This document shows positions 61,734 through 64,000 of a DNA stretch of 64,000 bases, in pieces. Under the pieces are notes generated by a model. It did no database searches, was not told the origin of the DNA, and saw only the letters and a list, made by a program, of their open reading frames with translations. Location: assembly GCA_963734495.1 (NCBI GenBank), contig CAVTHK010000010.1, positions 224,001 through 288,000 on the forward strand, written 5' to 3'. Position 1 is the first letter of the stretch; every line of letters starts with the position of its first letter. Both the position numbers and the translations under genes were made by a program. This DNA is from an uncultured Spirochaetota bacterium. Its GTDB lineage: Bacteria; Spirochaetota; Spirochaetia; SZUA-6; CAVTHK01.

Positions 61734-63918
61734 TCAGTACGCGAGCTCCTTCGCCTTGCCTTCGACGCGGAAATCCGCCTGCAGCGTCGCCGCTGCGCCG
61801 AGCTCCCGGCTGCGCGCGTCGGGCTGGCTCCCGCCGAGGAACACGCGGAATGCGCCCGGCTCGAGCAGGCAGCGGCCGCGGTCGTCGATGAGCGCCATGC
61901 GCCTCGCGGGCAGCGTAAAGCGGACCGCGGACTTCGCGCCCGGCGCCAGGTGCACCCGCTGGAACCCGGCGAGGGACCAGCGCGGCACGCGCGTCGAGGC
62001 TTCGACATCGCTCAGGTACAGCTGCACCACCTCGTCGGAAGCGCGCTTGCCCACGTTCTCGACGACGCCCGAGACGGTGAGGTCGTCGCCGGCGGCGACG
62101 CGATCGGCCGCGAGCTCGAGCCCGCTGTAGCGGAAGGCAGAGTAGCTCAGGCCGAAGCCGAAGGGGTACAGCGGCTCGCCCTGCATGTAGCGGTAGGTCC
62201 GCCCCACCATCGAGTAGTCCTCGAACGGCGGAAGCTGTTCGAGGCTCTTGACCACGGTGACGGGCAATCGACCCGCCGGGCTCGCGTCGCCGAACAGGAC
62301 TTCGGCGATCGCGCGGCCTCCCTCGCCGCCCGGGTACCAGGCCTGCACGATCGAGGCCACGTGCTCGTGAGCCCAGCCCACCGAGAGCGCGCTGCCGGAG
62401 AAGAGCACGAGCACCACCGGCTTGCCCCGGTTCACGATGCGTTCGAGCAGCCGCTGCTGAACCGGGGGCAGGTCGATCCGGCTGCGATCGCCGCCGGCTT
62501 CGGAGCTGCGCGCGGAGCCTTCTTCACCCTCGTACTCCGCGGTCAGGCCGAGGGCGAGGATCACGATGTCGGCGCGGTCCGCCGCAGCCTCCGCCTCGGA
62601 GAACCCCTGGTCCGCGAGGTCGCCCCACTTCGACTGCTTGCCGAGGATCGTGCACCCCTCGGCGTAGATCACGCGGACGCCGCTGCCCGCCCGGTCGCGG
62701 ATGCCGTCCAGCAGCGTGACCGGGTGGCTCGGCGTGCCGTTGTAGTTGCCGACCAGCACCTCCTCCGAGTGCGCGTTGGGCCCGATCACGGCGATCGTGC
62801 CGACGTCGCGCGGCAGCGGGAGGAGCCCGCCGGCGTTCTTGAGCAGGACCATGGTCTCGCGGGCGATGCGCAGGTTCGCCTCGCGGTGCTTGTCGCAGTC
62901 CACGATCTTGTACGGGATGCCAGCGTACGGCACCTTCTCCGGCGGGTCGAACATCCCGAGGCGCATCCTCGCCTCCATCAGGCGGCTGACGGAGAGGTCG
63001 ATCGCCTTCTCGGTGATCAGGCCGCGCGAGATCGCCTCGCCGAGGGACTGGTACGCGCGCCCGCACACCAGGTCGCAGCCGGCGTTCACCGCAAGGGCGG
63101 AGGCTTCGGCCGCGTCAGCCTTCAACTTGTGGTGCTGGTAGATGTCCTCGATCGCGCCGCAGTCCGAGACCACGTAGCCTTTGAACCCCCACTCGTCGCG
63201 CAGGATCTTCTGCAGCAGCGTCGGGCTCGCGCAGCAGGCCTCGCCGTTGGTGCGGTTGTAGGCGCCCATCACCGACCAGGCGCCGGCCTCCTGCACGCAC
63301 TCCTTGAAATGGGGAAGGTATGTCTCGCGCAGGTCCTTCTCGCCCGACCCTCGCGTCGAACTGGTGCCGCAGGGGCTCCGGCCCGCTGTGCACCGCGAAG
63401 TGCTTGGGGGTGGCCACGAGCTTGAGGTAAACGCGGTCGTCGCCCTGCAGGCCCTTGACGAACGCCACGCCGAGGCGGCCGGTGAGGTACGGGTCCTCGC
63501 CGTAGGTCTCCTGGCCGCGGCCCCACCGCGGGTCGCGGAAGATGTTGACGTTGGGCGTCCAGTACGTGAGCCCCTTGTAGATCGCGCGGTCGCCCCGCCG
63601 TGAGAACTCGTGGTGCTTCGCCCTGGCCTCGTCGGAGGTGATCTTGGCAGCCGCATAGACCTCGCCGCCGTCGAAGGTCGCGGCGAGCCCGATCGCCTGC
63701 GGGAAGACCGTGGCGATGCCGGCCCGGCCGACGCCGTGCAGGCACTCGTTCCACCAGTTGTACTCCGGCAGCCCCAGGCGCTCGACCGCGGGCGCCGTGT
63801 AGATCATCTGGGCGATCTTCTCCTGCAGCGACAGGCGCCGCACCAGGTCATCGACGCGGTCCTTGAGCGGGAGGGCCGGGTTCCAGAATGCCATCTTGCT
63901 CGTGTCAGCCGCCGCCAT
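61734..63918 (-). CDS. GH3 beta-xylosidase/beta-glucosidase with Fn3-like C-terminus (frameshift near 63345)
   Basis: WWNECLHGV, FPQAIG, WTPNVNIFRDPRWGRGQETYGEDP, KHF, VVSDCGA, VLLKN, QAWYPG, YPFGFGLSY, EVVQLY. Confidence 0.93.
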
Positions 63919-64000
63919 CGTGATCCTCCTCGCGGGCCGCCCCGGCGTCGCCGTCGCGGATCCGCCGCAGCCTGCCCGCCGCACCTTACCGTAGGCCCGG

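Overview
High-GC (about 70%) bacterial chromosomal segment with about 55 genes and no rRNA, tRNA, CRISPR array, integrase or transposase that I could detect. Lineage is probably Spirochaetia (inference from the ...AWASGKQE solute-binding-protein N-terminus, a BMP lipoprotein and the barrel/lipoprotein/cyclase module). In order: kdpDE, sixA, PfkB kinase, GGDEF protein, an outer-membrane barrel + Ig/FN3 lipoprotein + coiled-coil membrane protein + adenylate cyclase module, a glycan/sulfate catabolic cluster (GH2, GH4, sulfatase, BNR protein, DgoD-like dehydratase), J-domain protein, adk, an ECF(PanT)-coaX operon, purine PRTase, BMP nucleoside ABC transporter, a Ugp-like ABC/nucleotidase/DeoR/GDPD cluster, yaaA, cfa, nucleoside hydrolase, FGE, DHH phosphoesterase, MacB-like ABC, a second GH2 with a ROK kinase, tatD, namZ, a stand-alone PolX N-terminal protein, amidohydrolase/FadR and GH3. 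Several genes carry single-base frameshifts that look like long-read assembly errors. Best leads: (1) a structured pan-like leader with mutually exclusive SD-sequestering pairings upstream of the ECF-panT-coaX operon, whose CoaX has altered active-site motifs; (2) about ten genes with apparently leaderless promoters; (3) a candidate trans-envelope cAMP signalling module beside a degenerate GGDEF protein; (4) a PolX reduced to its lyase/HhH domains with its own promoter. All calls are by eye from motifs; no database searches were run.
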